Shown here: one piece after another, positions 13,111 to 28,480 of the stretch
Position numbering within the stretch: the first letter of the stretch is position 1
How the letters are laid out: each line of letters begins with the position of its first letter
NCBI GenBank assembly: GCA_964016885.1
Contig: OZ024751.1
Span: 37,882,001-37,946,000, forward strand
Direction: 5' to 3'
DNA length: 64,000 nt
Origin: Eledone cirrhosa
Lineage: Eukaryota
Position numbers and translations under genes: made by a program
The notes under the pieces: model-generated
What the model was told of the DNA's origin: nothing
Databases searched by the model: none
The model's input: only the letters and a program-made list of their open reading frames with translations

Positions 13111-14634
13111 TCTATGCATACTCTCATTATATATCCTTACTCATACACAGTCAACGATTATAAATTGCATGATGCATATGGCTTTTAGAATATGTATATA
13201 AGTTTTAGAGGAAATATAAAAAATATATTCATGTGAAGAGAAAAAATGCTAGAAAACTATACATGTATTTCAACACATATATATATGTGTGCGTATGTAT
13301 ATATATATATGTACACATGCATTTGAGTATATGCGTGCGTTTGTAAGAGAACTATATTCCTGTGTCTGTCCATCAATTACGTTGTTCTCTTGGGAACGCT
13401 AATACATATACATTCATCAATTAATAGAAAACTTCTATATAGATACGTTTTTATTTTTAAAAATATTATATTACATTATTGATTTCTTGCAAATATAAGC
13501 ACAACAATTTTTCAGATTTAGAGAGGAGGTTTATGGATCAGATTTTTGTCTGTGTGCTATTCACGTCTCGCTAAAATCAATTACAATATAAGTAATAGTA
13601 TTGGTAATAATAAAAATAATAATAATAATGATAATAATTATAAAGTTGAGGAGGGGGCGGAGTATTTCTATCGAAAATATATGGCCATTTATTAATTTTT
13701 CTTCCCTGATCGTGTGGTTATATATCGACGCGTTACTTTTCGATTTTAATTAAAACGGGTACTAAACCCTGATATTGGGGGCTGGTTGGAGAAAATGTGT
13801 CTTAACATTGCTATAGATAAACCGTAACCTCACGGGGCCTAGTATTGGTTAGGGATTCAGACAGCCGATTAGAAAGTCGTGCCTATGTTTTTTTAATGAT
13901 AGGACTGAGTCGTATATCATTACAACACTCATTAGATCTCGTTAGTGGACACTAATACTTGCATAGCTGTAAACTTTAAATTCCATTTCATATAAATTAA
14001 AGGTGAATATAAACTTATAATACAGTAGAAATATTTCTTCTTTATTTTTATTTAAAGAATATGAAATTCATTTAAAAATTTCTCGGTGCTTCGAGTAAAA
14101 TACATTTCGAAACACATTCTACCTGGAGTTGATCGCGTGACGATAGTTGTAAGGTATTTTAATTTTTCATTCGGAAAACCATTCAGGATGTTTTCATAAG
14201 TCAGAATATTCTGTTGAGAAAACATTTTCTACGGTATTCTGTCTTTCGCAAATTATTCATAAGCAGCAGTCATTTGGCGCAAATATATTAACGGCTATTC
14301 TGCCTGTGGTTTAAATTAATTTCTTCTCCGTTCTGTTGTTATCGGTAAATTGAGAAATCCAATTATTTTCACGTCACCTCGGCAAGATGTGATTGCGTTG
14401 ATAGTTTTTGGGGGGGAGTTAACAGAAAATGAATTATGAAGCATTTCATGTCCCCGTCCAAAATAGATTCAAAATTATTTCAGTATTCTCTTAATTCCTA
14501 CAGTGTTGCGTCTAAGGATTCTGGTACGAAATGTCTCAACATTAAAAAGATTGTCATTCCCGATAAGAAAAAAGAAAGAAATCCTGCATTGTTAATAACG
14601 AACTGTTTCTCAGGAACTATCTCTACCCAACCTC

Positions 14635-14666
<32 letters not shown>

Positions 14667-14776
14667 TCAAAGTGTTTCGACGAACGTACAGGCACAAACG
14701 TCTACAAATAAAACTGCTCATGAATTGAAACTGCTTGTAAGTTATGTAGATATGCATGTATATGTATGTATGAATG

Positions 14777-14823
<47 letters not shown>

Positions 14824-14996
14824 CTACATGTCACTCTCTATTCTTCAGTTTCATATGTACCATTTAATGCCATATTGATGTATGTTGTTATCTATGCCTA
14901 TCTAAGTAGGGGGGGGGGGTTAAATAACAAAATATGCAGCGGTAGATTCTCTGAATTCACAGACAGATACGTGTCTTCTCAAATATATATATATAG

Positions 14997-15400
14997 TGAC
15001 GAAACATAAGTCAATTGCATGAACTCATAATCCTTTATTTACTGCTATATATATTTCGATGATAGCCATTGAGTGGCTATGACCTCATCAGGCAGTTAGT
15101 CAGTTCTTAGATATGCCAGCTCTGTGTTTATGGTGTTGATTGTTTCAGAGCCTTGGGACATATGAGCTTGTTAGGAATAATTTAATGTTGTCAGCAGGAA
15201 TAGTCTTAATTCTCATTGGTCAGTTTGTAGATGCTAGTAGGGTTGGTATTTGACCTCAAAGAGGCAGGTGGTGTTGTAAAGTTCAAACCATCAGGCAAGA
15301 TGACAATAGTTCCATATGACTGATTTTCACAAAAAGCATTCCTGGTCAGATATATATTCAATTGGGGTTTATAGTATGAAATAGATACTACAGGTCAATC
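14997..15400 (-). mobile_element. Penelope-like element 3-prime relic (GIY-YIG C-terminus, UTR, HHR, polyA signal)
   Basis: Minus strand encodes ...CENQSYGTIVILPDGLN (P.GLN end motif of PLE endonucleases, 15281-15295), followed by an intact HHR, AATAAA and a TA run. Confidence 0.65.
15041..15096 (-). ncRNA. Type I hammerhead ribozyme, intact core
   Basis: ACTGC-CTGATGA-GGTCATAGCCA CTCAA TGGCTATCATC-GAAA-TATATA-TA/GCAGT: 5-bp stem I, long stem II, palindromic stem III, AUA site. Confidence 0.9.
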
Positions 15401-15402
15401 TT

Positions 15403-15672
15403 AAATTGAGGAATTTATGGTTAGAGTAGAATACTAGAAAATTTACATATAAAAAGACTAATGTTGGTTGACTTGCACATACATTCACACCCGCCCCCAC
15501 AGACACACACACACATCCACACATACAAATTGAGGAATTTATGTGGGGTGATAATACTGAAAGTTATGGTAAGAGTCAAATACTTAGAGAGTTTAGAAAT
15601 AAAAAGAGCTATGTTGGTTGACTTGTACATACACTCACACCTACCCCCTCAGACACACATACACAGATCCAT
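15403..15672. repeat. Diverged tandem duplication of about 125-145 bp
   Basis: AAATTGAGGAATTTATG...ATGTTGGTTGACTTG.ACATACA.TCACACC occurs twice. Confidence 0.7.
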
Positions 15673-15775
15673 ACAGGTGTGTGTATATATATATATGTGT
15701 ACGCACAAATGCATACATATATACGACAGAGGCCCCCAAATCCAAGTATAGGGCAGACATAAAACTAGGTGGGTG

Positions 15776-15807
<32 letters not shown>

Positions 15808-16523
15808 TTTTATATATATATATAATGTGTGTGTATGTGTGTGTACATATGTGTGTACATGTGTGTGTACATGTATGACTGTGTGTGTGTGAGTGTGTGT
15901 GTGTACATGTGTGTGTACATGTCTGTTTGTTTACATATATGACTGTGTGTGTGTATGTGTGTGCATGTATATGTTCGAATGTGTCTGCCTATGTGTGTGT
16001 GTGTGTGTGTGAATGTATATGTAAATGTATATCTCAATGTGAGTGTGTCTCAATGTGAATATGTTCAATGCGTCGACATCAAGTGTAAAGGATAAGCTTA
16101 GTTTCTTTAAAAGAAATCTTTTCTTTGTTTTTGAGGGGAAGTGGAGAATTATTATGAAGAAGCCTCATCAATAACCAGCGTTCGGAGATAAAAATGGATA
16201 CGGGATTTCTCAATCCACTTCTTGCCGACAAAGGAACGCTTCCTTTAATCCAGGCACATATAGATATATATCGTCATGTTTGATCTTACGCCACCCCCGT
16301 CTCTCCCATCAATATCGGCGTCTCATTCCCACCATTCCCATATCCATTCTTTGCATCTCCACTCCATTTGATATAAGGAATGGTATTAAGAATCTATATG
16401 TTAGCATTAGAACCCCAGTATAATTTTATTACTTTAACCACAAGATGTTGTTAATCTGAAGAATTCCACAGTAAATGTCGCAAAAACATCAAACACTCTC
16501 GCTGCATGACATGCATGACGTGT

Positions 16524-16554
<31 letters not shown>

Positions 16555-17294
16555 AGTGTGAGTGTGTGTGTGTGTGTGAGTGTGTGTGTGTGTGAGTGTG
16601 TGTGTTTGTCTTTTTCTCTCGCTGTGTTTGTACGTTAACTTCAATTTGTAAGAGAGATTTGCTGTGTATACGCATACTTTGATTCAACAACATATATGCG
16701 CTCTATCACGCACACACCCATCCACACACACACACACACACGCACACACACACATACACACATACACACACACATTTATATATACATTCATATGTATATA
16801 GGTATGGGTATCTGTGTGTGTAGAATAAGAGAGGGATGTATGTATGGGAAAACGTGATGTGCTTGAAAGTATATATATTTGTGAGCGTATATATATATAT
16901 ATATATATATAAATATATATTGGCGGGGTAGGGGGGGGGGGGTAAGTATATACACACATACACACATACACGTACGGTACGTGAGCTTCAAAGAGAGACA
17001 GGGTTAGGATCTTGTTCCATCTCTTAATACGGAAACATCCGGATCACAGCTGTGAAGACTCGAGATCAGCTATATGATAGAAATCTATACCAGTTACAGA
17101 TTAAAAGGAAAAAAAAATATCCTTATTTCTCTCTTTTGGATATTTAATACTATTAAATTGTATAGTGTCGTACTGTAATGTAAAAGAAATTAAGTTGCCG
17201 CTATAGAGTTATTATATCATTTCCTTCCTTTATTAAAAGACCAGCTTGCAGCCATCACAGAAATATGTATAATGATACGTCAGTATATGTATCC

Positions 17295-17407
<113 letters not shown>

Positions 17408-17445
17408 CATCTATCTATCTCTCTCTCTCTCTATATATATATATA

Positions 17446-17510
17446 GGAAAAGAATAAGGACCCCGACGGCTGAGCTCCGGCCGTTTCGACATCTAGATCC
17501 GAACTGTTAT
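17446..17510 (-). mobile_element. Family A subfamily fragment (HHR 3-prime half)
   Basis: Minus strand GTC-GAAA-CGGCCGGAGCTCAGCCG-TC-GGGGTCC between TA runs; matches the 35521 copy. Confidence 0.75.
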
Positions 17511-17581
17511 TTATATATATATATATATGTATATGAGTGTGTGTGTGTGTATGTATGTGTGTGTGTGTGAGAGAGAGAGAG

Positions 17582-17734
17582 AATCACGAGTTCAATCATG
17601 CCTTACCACAGTTAGTAAGGTACTCAATAATATTAGTAGAATATCAAGTTTAATATAGAAATGGTTTATACGGGACTAGAACTGTTTCATGAAACAATTC
17701 TAGTCCTGTAAAAGCCATTTTTATATTAGATTTG

Positions 17735-17738
<4 letters not shown>
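17582..17738 (-). mobile_element. Family D fold-back element
   Basis: Inverted arms centred on TTTC-AT-GAAA (17689/17690); HHR half GAAA-CAG-TTCTAGTC-C.G-TA; homologous to 46984-47177. Confidence 0.75.
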
Positions 17739-17798
<60 letters not shown>

Positions 17799-17828
17799 AG
17801 ATCAAAAGATGGTTAAAGGAGTTCCATA

Positions 17829-17899
17829 TATTTTATTATGCGCATTTCAAAAACAAACATCATCAAGCAATAATATTTGTGTTTTCATCAGATAAAACA
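17829..17899 (-). ncRNA. Type I hammerhead ribozyme, intact core
   Basis: TGTTTTAT-CTGATGA-[36-nt hairpin, 15 of 16 pairs including GU]-GAAA-TGCGCA-TA/ATAAAATA, within a TA-flanked insert at about 17797-17956. Confidence 0.9.
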
Positions 17900-17952
17900 G
17901 GAGAACATGATATGAAGGCTAAAAAACACTTGTTGATAGTGCAGTTTTAAAT

Positions 17953-18029
<77 letters not shown>

Positions 18030-18601
18030 AAGAATTCCTCAATCATATCCGATTGGTTATTGAATGTTGCTGCAGGGTAACGTCCGAAAGGATACAATTG
18101 TAAATGCAAGCAGTCGAAATATGGTTCCTTCGAGGGATTCCTGGCTGGAGTAATGTTACAGGAATGGGTACGTAGCTCGTAGATCGAGGAATAGGTCCAG
18201 GTAAACTGGCTACGATTCGAATCTGTTAATCATAACTCCGATATTACGAACATGGGATTAGAAAGTCTAAGGAAATAATCGATGAACAGTAGTAGAAGAA
18301 AAAGAAGTTTGTTATTCGAAAGAAATAGGTAGCATGATGAAGGAAGAAGATCAAATAATTAGTATAATTGCATCCAACCCAGTTTGGGAATCAGATCCTA
18401 TTTAGTACACATACCTCAGTAATACACAATGTTAAGATATAACCAGCTTCAGTGTGTTGGATTAGTTAGGATTTAAGTATTTAAATGTGTTTATAGTGAA
18501 AGCAAAGTAACTGAAAAGTCCAATTATAGGTACTAGATAGTACTATATAGAACATACCTGAATATATGAGAGATTAAACATACAAATATATCAATACACA
18601 C

Positions 18602-18632
<31 letters not shown>

Positions 18633-18649
18633 TATAAATATCTGATTAT

Positions 18650-18695
18650 ATACTGTATATATATATGTGTATGTATATATAAATATATATATATG

Positions 18696-18767
<72 letters not shown>

Positions 18768-18853
18768 TGTATGTATGTATATATACATATATATCTGTGT
18801 GTGTATATATATATATATGTGTGTATGTATGTATATATATATATGTGTGTGTG

Positions 18854-18918
<65 letters not shown>

Positions 18919-19160
18919 ATATATATATATGTGTGTGTGTGTGTATATATATGTGTGTGTGTAAGTATAAATATATATATATATGTGTGTGTGTGTTATG
19001 TATATATATATATATGTGTGTGTGTATATATACATTATATGTGTGTATGTATATATATATGCGTTTGTCTGTGTGCGTGTGTAAAATTATATATAAGTGT
19101 ACATCTAGGCATATCTATATCGGAGTATGTATATATGTGTGTGTGTGTATATGTGTGAGT
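18650..19160. repeat. Compound (TA)n/(TG)n microsatellite
   Basis: Direct inspection. Confidence 0.95.
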
Positions 19161-19429
19161 GTGTTAATTTCTGATTTATATAAACATGAAACGAGTGTCG
19201 TCCATCTTTTTTTCATTAAATTCAGCAATCTTCTCAGCATATATTGGTTTCCAAACTAAACGAGAAAGAGGAGTCTTATCTCAGTACTGTCTTTGATGTC
19301 TCAAAGACATTCAGTAATGTAAAATAATCTTAGTTGAATCATTACCGCCAGTCTACTAACTCATTTATCATACACTAACGAAATTGCTGATGCAGAAGCA
19401 TTGTATTTTACACACATACATATATACAT

Positions 19430-19553
<124 letters not shown>

Positions 19554-20283
19554 ATTATACACATATGTAAATATACATACATAGATATAAGTAAATATAT
19601 GTACACATATATATGAATGTATGTATATATATATATATACCTACGTATATATGTAGGTGTGTGTGGGAGATGGGCAACCGTTAGCTTTAGAAACCACCGT
19701 TTATATACGTGGCCATATCTGTCCAAATCTATTATTTTTAATTAGCTAAAGAAAGACATTTTCTTCTTTTTCTAATTACTTGTTTATTTTCCAGGGGCAG
19801 AGGAGACCGCTGCGACAGCTTCAATGGTGGAATAACGTTTTCTTCTCTATATATTTTTCATTACGTTTCTCTTTGTTTTTCACTATAACACGTTATACGT
19901 TTGGAACTTAAGTACTTAGTGATGATATTGTCTAATTCTCGATTTGATACAATACTTAATATTGTTGCATCCTCTTGAGAAAATTGATATTTGTCTAATA
20001 GGGAAAAGCAATTATATATGTGTATATTCCTATGCATATATATACATATATGTGTGTGCGCGTGTGTCCTTGTTATTTGTATATGGCTATCTATATATGC
20101 ATATATTTGGACTGCTGCTATTTCTAGTGGCAGGACATTGATCTGGCCACCCTGCCTTTTGTCTTTGCACACGGCACCAAACAGAATTATTTCTTTCATC
20201 ATCCGCTCTCAATTGGGAATGGTTTTGTATGGCGTCAGTTTGTGATTTGAACTCGGGAATTTTATATTCTCCGAGGGAGAAGA

Positions 20284-20365
20284 GCCTTCTGAAGATTGGT
20301 CCCTTCTCAATGAAAATCCGCTTGGATTTTCCGATTATTCTGGAGCATGAAACCGCGGTAAAGGC
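20284..20365 (+). ncRNA. Type I hammerhead ribozyme with extended stem II
   Basis: GCCTT-CTGAAGA-[53 nt including GAAAATCC GCTT GGATTTTC hairpin]-GAAA-CCGCGG-TA/AAGGC; about 70 nt upstream of a long (TA)n. Confidence 0.85.
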
Positions 20366-20436
20366 ACATATAGTAAGTACAACGAATTTTTTTTAATTTA
20401 TTTTAAAACTTTTTCTCTATTTGCTAGTCCTCGATT

Positions 20437-20535
<99 letters not shown>

Positions 20536-20942
20536 GATAGAGAGGGAGTGGGGTGCATATATATATCCGGAAATATCAATATATATATGAGTGTGTGTGT
20601 GTGTGTGTACTTACTGTATCTCTTGAGTCTGAAACCGGCTTCTTAACAGCTGGTGTGAAATGCCGGACGGCCATAAGTTATGCGCTTGACAAAGCAACTA
20701 CGACCTTATATTTACACAAAACAATTTCAATCTTCATAACCAACACAATTCATATCCTTTCTTTTGAAAAAGTATACTTTCGCCGAAATATCGGGATATA
20801 TAAGCCAACTGTGGATACTGTTTTTTTTCTTTTCACTTATATTCTTCCTACATTTCACTTACGTGTTTCTAATTCGTATTTTACCGTCTTTTGTAAAATA
20901 TTCCTAACCACATACGACAATATGGTTTATATAAACATTATA

Positions 20943-21362
20943 TAATAACCGTTTCTGATTTAGGGACAAGGTGAACAATTTTAGTAGAGGGGGATGTCGA
21001 TTAAATCGAGTCCAGTGCATTACTGGTACTTTATTTCATCGACTCCGTAAGGAGGAAAGGCAAAGTTAACCTTGGCGGGATTTGAACACAACGTAAAATG
21101 CTGTAACTTTCTGCTGCAATGCATATTGTCCGACGCTCTACTGATACTGCCAATCCTACCCTTATCGTAATAATAATTGTTTCTACTTTTGGGACAAGGT
21201 CAGCAATTACCCAGTGCATTACTGGTACTTTATTTTATCGACCCCGTAAGGATGAAAGGCAAAGTTAACCTCGACGTGATTTGAACTCAGACCGAAAAGG
21301 GATGTAACTCTTTGCTGCAAAGGATGATGTCTGACACTCTACCGATACTGCCAATCCACCAC
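20943..21362 (-). mobile_element. Two head-to-tail Meta-like SINEs (long form 20943-21163, short form 21169-21362)
   Basis: Two reverse-complement copies of the core and A/B boxes. Confidence 0.88.
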
Positions 21363-21932
21363 AATAATCGGATATAAAGAAAAAAGAACAATGGAATAAA
21401 GAATGAAAATTATAGCTGAGAACAGGGTGGAGTAGGTTGTGAAGGAGATGATGAACATGTAACTTGAAAAAAAACGATAACATTTAACATCGTAAAATTT
21501 TCTCTTATATTTTGTTTATATATATTTCATGTCCGAGAAAAACAACAAAACATTGACTGAATATACTGATAGAGCGTAAATATGAAGTGAGGCAATATTT
21601 CTTCAGCTTCAAAAGATAAGGGCTGGAGCTGTTCTGTAGGCGAAAAGATGAGTGGGTTATAGTAGCTCTTCTGAAACAAAAACGAAGGAGATAGCAAAAA
21701 TCAGTTACTGAAGTGTTCTTGTTGCATGGAGACTTAAAAATAATGCTTTATATAATATTTCTATATTATCCAAGCTTTTATTTTTCTCATCTGCTGAAAA
21801 TAATAGAAAATAATAGAAAGACTAAAAGATAGAATGTTATATTCTTTTATATAATCAAATTTATAATAAATACTTTACTTATTGAAATATTTAATGTGGT
21901 AGTTATACACTAGATTTCTGAATAAATGTATG

Positions 21933-22030
<98 letters not shown>

Positions 22031-22193
22031 TATGTATTTATGAATGTTCGTATATAAGAATATATACCTAATATACCTATGTATACGAGTATAGGTGTAT
22101 GTATGTATGTGTATTGATGGACGAATATACAGACAGGGTGAAAAAGAAAAAATGTATAGAAATACATACATCCACACAGATGTATGTGTGGGT

Positions 22194-22255
<62 letters not shown>

Positions 22256-22553
22256 GTGCATACATATATAATCTTGAATATTCGTGAGTCAACATAATTC
22301 CATATAAAATATATGGGATGTAAGATTGTGTTTGATACATTGTGTTGATGTATATGTGTACGTGTGTGTGTGTGTGTAGGTTTCTCTATGTGTAAATTGG
22401 TGTAGGTGTACAGGTGTAAGTATGTGTTTCTATGTGTAAGTCGGTGTAGGGGTACAGGCGTAAGTATGTGTGTCTATGTAATTATAACCTTATTTCTTGA
22501 AAAACCTATTTTCGTTATCAACATGACTGTGTCAAATAATCGTAAATAACAAG

Positions 22554-22642
<89 letters not shown>

Positions 22643-22747
22643 ATATATATATATATGTATATATGCGTGTATGTATATAAGGATTTATGTGCATATATAT
22701 ATATATATATATGTATGTATATATGCGTGTATATATATAAGGATTTA

Positions 22748-22786
<39 letters not shown>

Positions 22787-24470
22787 TGATATAGTGTGTA
22801 TATGTATATATATAAGAGAAGGATAACGTGGTGTATATATATATATTGAGAGAGAGGTGGAAGAAAGTGTCGTAAAATCTATAATAAACGCATCAATAAC
22901 CATGACAGGTAATCATAATGTATTTTGTAATTTATTATCAACTCCGATTATAAATTATCTATCGTGTATAGATTTTATAACTATAACTACTTTTAATCTG
23001 ACACCGTGATAGATGGCATGCTTGATAGAAAGAGGAACTAGAGATAAATTCATCACAATAGTTCTGCAGTGACATTATATATACTCTGTCTTTTCCAGCG
23101 ACTGATTTACTATCAGTCAAATATATACTGCTGCGATATATTTTACTACGATGTTAAGCTAAAGTTAAAGGAGAGTGAGCGAATGACAATGGGAGAGACA
23201 CAAAGCGAGAGAGAGAGAGAGAGAGTGTGTGTGTGCGTGTGTGTGTGCGTGTGTGTGTGCGGGCATGTGTGTGCATGTGTGTGTGTGTATGTGTTTGTGT
23301 GGAGGAGTCTCTGGTAGAATTATTTGGAGAAAACCACATAGTAACATGCAAATGAAAGAGGTTGAACCAGGATCAATTTTATTTAGAACCTTTATTTAAT
23401 CTAGAAACAAAACGTAATGTAAGAAGTTAAGCTCAGTGAGCTTTGAACTGGGTCGTAACAACTGGGAAATGCAGGCCAAAGTAGGATCAAGTTTATTTAG
23501 AACCTTGTTTAATCGAGTAACACTCCTTGTCTTGTACATACTTCATCTAACTTCGACCTATCGAAACATATGTTGAACTCGGTGAAATTTGATCTATGAC
23601 TGTTATTGTTCGTAACACATTACAAATTTCGTAGCTAATAAAAGCTCACTCATTTTCTCCTCAGCAGATCACAAGAAAACTTTAAAACTAATGATTTGAA
23701 TTTCAAACACAACCAACTTTAGTTATGAAAGAAACGGGGCTGTTTCCTACCTCACGTTCTAAATAAGGCAAGACACATTGTAATTTGTGAAACGTGGATA
23801 GCAAATAAACACTCTAGGTGCAGATGAGTTTCATATTTATGTGCGTCCTGCTAGTTACGTGGTAATTTAAATATAATCAACAAATATAACATGACTGGTT
23901 TAGTAGCAAGAAAACTAAAGCAAAATCTAATAGTCTAAAATCTAATGTCTGACCCAGGGGGAGAGTACGTCAGTCTATCGCGGGGTTAACCCCCCCCCCC
24001 TCCATTTACAGCTGGTGCTCATCTTCAGCTGAGAATACTGGAGCCACGAGAAATAAAGCGTTTTACTTAAGAACTTAGAAACTCCTTAATAATTATTCAG
24101 GAAAAGGAAAAGGATGTTTCAAAAATATATTAAATCACTCTGAACAATAGATTGTTCGGGAAAAAATAAATAATACATAAACAAATTATATAAAAGAAAC
24201 TAGAATATATTAAAAGTCGACATGGCTCTTAAATATACATATAATGCAACCATTATTATGATGCAGAGAAATACGTCGCGCACACGTTCAAATATAGGCA
24301 ACTCACCCACAGAAATAAATAGAACGAGGTAAAATTGCAGCAGAATGTTTGGAAAATAATACAAATAGAAAGAAAATTAAACAAGAGTCTGAATTAATAA
24401 GAAGGAAAATATATGGATTAAAACAAGTAGCTGAAAACGCAACAATACATACATATATATTATATATCTA

Positions 24471-24525
<55 letters not shown>

Positions 24526-24913
24526 ATCCCATGCGATGCATTTCAACACTTTTAGTTTATTTAAGTAGCAACACTAGTTCCCTCGTGCAATCAACGAATT
24601 CCTTTTCATATAAACTGAAAACATCAAACAAACGTGCTGTAAAAGTAACATAATACTACCACTACTACAAATAATAATAATGATAATAATAACGGTAAAC
24701 ACTAAGCTTCAATGGTATATGTAGATGAGGTTCCCGAGGAACACCAAGAGAAAGAGCACAATGGAGATTTTACAAAAAAATAACAACGAACATAAGCATG
24801 AAATAGAATAATGCCTTTTCCGTACTATATATACATCTGACAAAATATATCTAATGGATTCCAGGGAAAAAAGTCGTAGCTTTTATATACTTACTTATTG
24901 TGTTTATTTTGTT

Positions 24914-24987
<74 letters not shown>

Positions 24988-25003
24988 TGTATAAGTATAT
25001 ATA

Positions 25004-25052
<49 letters not shown>

Positions 25053-25222
25053 GTGTAGTGTGTGGGTGTGTGCAAATGTATGCATATGTGTATGTATATG
25101 TATGTATATATACGTTTATATATGTGTGTGTATGTGAGTGTGTGTATAAATATATGTATGTATATACATATATGTTTGGGTACGTATGTGTATACATGCA
25201 TATGCGTATATATCTCTCTCTT

Positions 25223-25276
<54 letters not shown>

Positions 25277-25538
25277 TATGTGAGTGTGTATTTGCATTTT
25301 ACTGAATAAGTTTTGCACGTCACACTTTAAAACCTCTCTGTTGTCGAAGCAGAATTCTGATCACTTGACAGATATTTTAGTGTTAACACGTTTCCGCCGG
25401 AAATTCAGCTTTATTCGCAATCACTCTACACAGCTTGCTCTGGTCTCTTGTACATCCAAGAACTCTCCCCCCCCCCCCTCGCGCTCACTCTCAGTACATA
25501 TGCGTATATATGAATACACACACATATATAAATATATA

Positions 25539-25610
<72 letters not shown>

Positions 25611-25838
25611 TGTGCGTGTGTTTGTATATATATATATATATATATATATCAGAGAGAGAGAGAGAGGGTGATGGGGTGAGGGAGATTGTGCATGGTTATG
25701 TATGCTCGCCCTTGTAAACACATTTTCCTTGTATTACAATAATGACTTCTGAATATATCCATGATGCTCATGTCCTTACATATTCATATGGGCTTGCCAG
25801 CTTATGTATACATTGTGTGTATATATATATCAACACGT

Positions 25839-25935
<97 letters not shown>

Positions 25936-26223
25936 AATATATATATATATATATATGTGTGTATTGTGAGTATGTGTTTTCGTGTATTTGTAGGCTTTCA
26001 TGTAATAATTACGTATATTAATGTTTTATTTCGTAAATATAAGCTGGAACGACAACCCGACATACTGTGTATATATTTATATACAGAAAAACACAATTGT
26101 GTGCTGGTTTAATGTGTTATGTGTGCTTATGTGAGTGTTTAAGTGAGTGTTTAAGTGGAAATATGAGCATTCACTTGCCATATATGTAGTTACATATATT
26201 TGTACTCGATATATATGTGTATT

Positions 26224-26337
<114 letters not shown>

Positions 26338-26807
26338 TGTGTGTGTGTGTGTGTATGTATGCATGTATGAAGGGGTGAGGGAGAGGAATAATGAGATATA
26401 ATGTGTATGCATGTGTGTCTTTTACTTTTAGCTTTATACTTCTTTGCGTTTATATATATTCCCTTATACACCTTATACATACATGCATATATCCATATAT
26501 ACATATAGATATTGATACATACATATATACAGCTGCAGACACAGAAAAGCACGCACACATGCTACATAATCATTTCCATGATATATACATACATACTTTC
26601 AATCACATACATTTACTTATACGTGTACATGCACATACATACATATATACACGTACATACGTACATATATAGATACGTGCATATATACATTCGCACAAGC
26701 ACTTACATGCATAAACACATACATACTTTCAATGACGTACATGTAATTCAGCATATACATGTACATACATATATATATATATGCACATACACAGCTGCAT
26801 AATACAT

Positions 26808-27075
26808 TTATACATGCTTACACATACATGTACTTCAACATATACATGTACACACATATATACATGTATACACATATATACATGTACACACATATATACA
26901 TGCTTACACATACATGTACTTCAACATATACATGTACACACATATATACAGGTATACACATATATACATGTACACACATATATACATGCTTACACATACA
27001 TGTACTTCAACATATACATGTACACACATATATACAGGTATACACATATATACATGTACACACATATATACATGC
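26808..27075. repeat. Minisatellite built from CA/TA units, about 3 higher-order copies
   Basis: TATACATGCTTACACATACATGTACTTCAACATATACATG recurs three times. Confidence 0.85.
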
Positions 27076-28332
27076 ACATACGCAGCTGCATATTTACTTT
27101 AAAAGAAAAGCTAAATCCAGTGGATTGTCAAGAGAGTATTTAAATATAAAACAAATAGAATTTAAAAGTGGGTTACGTCTGAAAAATCACTCGCTCCAAC
27201 TCTATATTATCGATTCTGAAGCTTTTCATTGAATCATATTTGTAGTTGGCTTAATCCAATAAATAAACACCTCCGAAAAACAAGTATTTATTTCACAGTT
27301 TCACTTCGTTCATTTTCTCTTTCTTTTCCTTTCATTTTTTTATTTTTATTTTTGCTTTACTTTGTCGCATTATTAGTATTGTTGTTGTTTTGTGTGTGTT
27401 TTTTTTACTTATTTGACACAAAATCGTGGAAGTAAGAGAAAGATTCTTGATTGATGAAAGAAAGAGCAAAAATGAGAACCAAAAAAAAAGCAGAAAATAA
27501 TGTATACACTATAAAGCGCTATATTAAATTTCGCTGGTTATATATATATATATATTTATATAGGAAGCAATATTAAGCGGGGAGGGTGATGGAAGGGGTA
27601 GAGAGAGAGAGGGGGGAAGAGAAGGCGAGTGCGTGTGGTATGGATAAAATGACAGAGAGGAAATGAGAAAGTAGGGGAGTTTGAGAAAGTCTCAGGGAAT
27701 AAGTGATAGAGACAGAGAGAGAAAGAGAATGAGTGAGGGAAAGACAGAGGAAATGAGAGAACGATAGAAAATATAGTAACATGAGGAAAGTAATTGACAG
27801 AGAGACAGAGAGAGAGAGAGAGGAGGGGGAGAAAGAAAAGATATGGAGCTAAGACTACAGAAGAAATAAAAATGAGAAATGGAGAGAGAGAGAGATAGAG
27901 AGAGTGGGGGGGGGGGGGGTAGAGAGAGAGAGAGAATGGGAGGAAGGTAATATGAGAAGAGCGAGTTTGCGTAAGAAGGAAAATATGAAAATGGTGAGTT
28001 CTTTGATAAGGGCGAAACAGAACCAGATTTCTATAATGATATATTTTATTAATTCATCAATCAAATGTTTGGATCAAACTGGTTGAAGCCGATTTAATCA
28101 ATGCTAGTTATATTACATTACTTATAATATCGATCCTATATTCTTGAAAATCATCAATTTCTGCGCTATATGCTATGGGCTATGATTGCGTAAAAAAATA
28201 TGAAAGTGAAAGCTGGTGCCTTATACTGCAAAGCAAATAATCCCGATTCCATATCATATTTAAAATAATTCTATAAAATATACGTAAAAGCAAAAGAATT
28301 ATCAAACGATATCTTTATTATTAGTCTTATTC

Positions 28333-28480
28333 AGGCGTTAAGTTGGCGGATCAATAGGCTGTTCAATAAAATCCCTTACCGATTTTTCGGCTCTTTATTG
28401 ATTCAATTCCAGCTTAGAGCAATTCTGCCTTTGGTTTTGTCTGAGGTCGATAAAATATAGTACCAGTCATGTACACGAGC
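28333..28480 (+). mobile_element. Degenerate Meta-like SINE
   Basis: GAGGTCGATAAAATATAGTACCAGT core with decayed A/B boxes. Confidence 0.55.

Noticed and set aside
18060-18480. Possible decayed retroelement coding fragment
   Set aside because: Multiple stops and only vague similarity; cannot be assigned without a search.
19770-19840. Possible exon after a strong acceptor (CTAAT...TTTTCCAG/GGG)
   Set aside because: No convincing donor, no recognisable peptide, and no partner exons identified.
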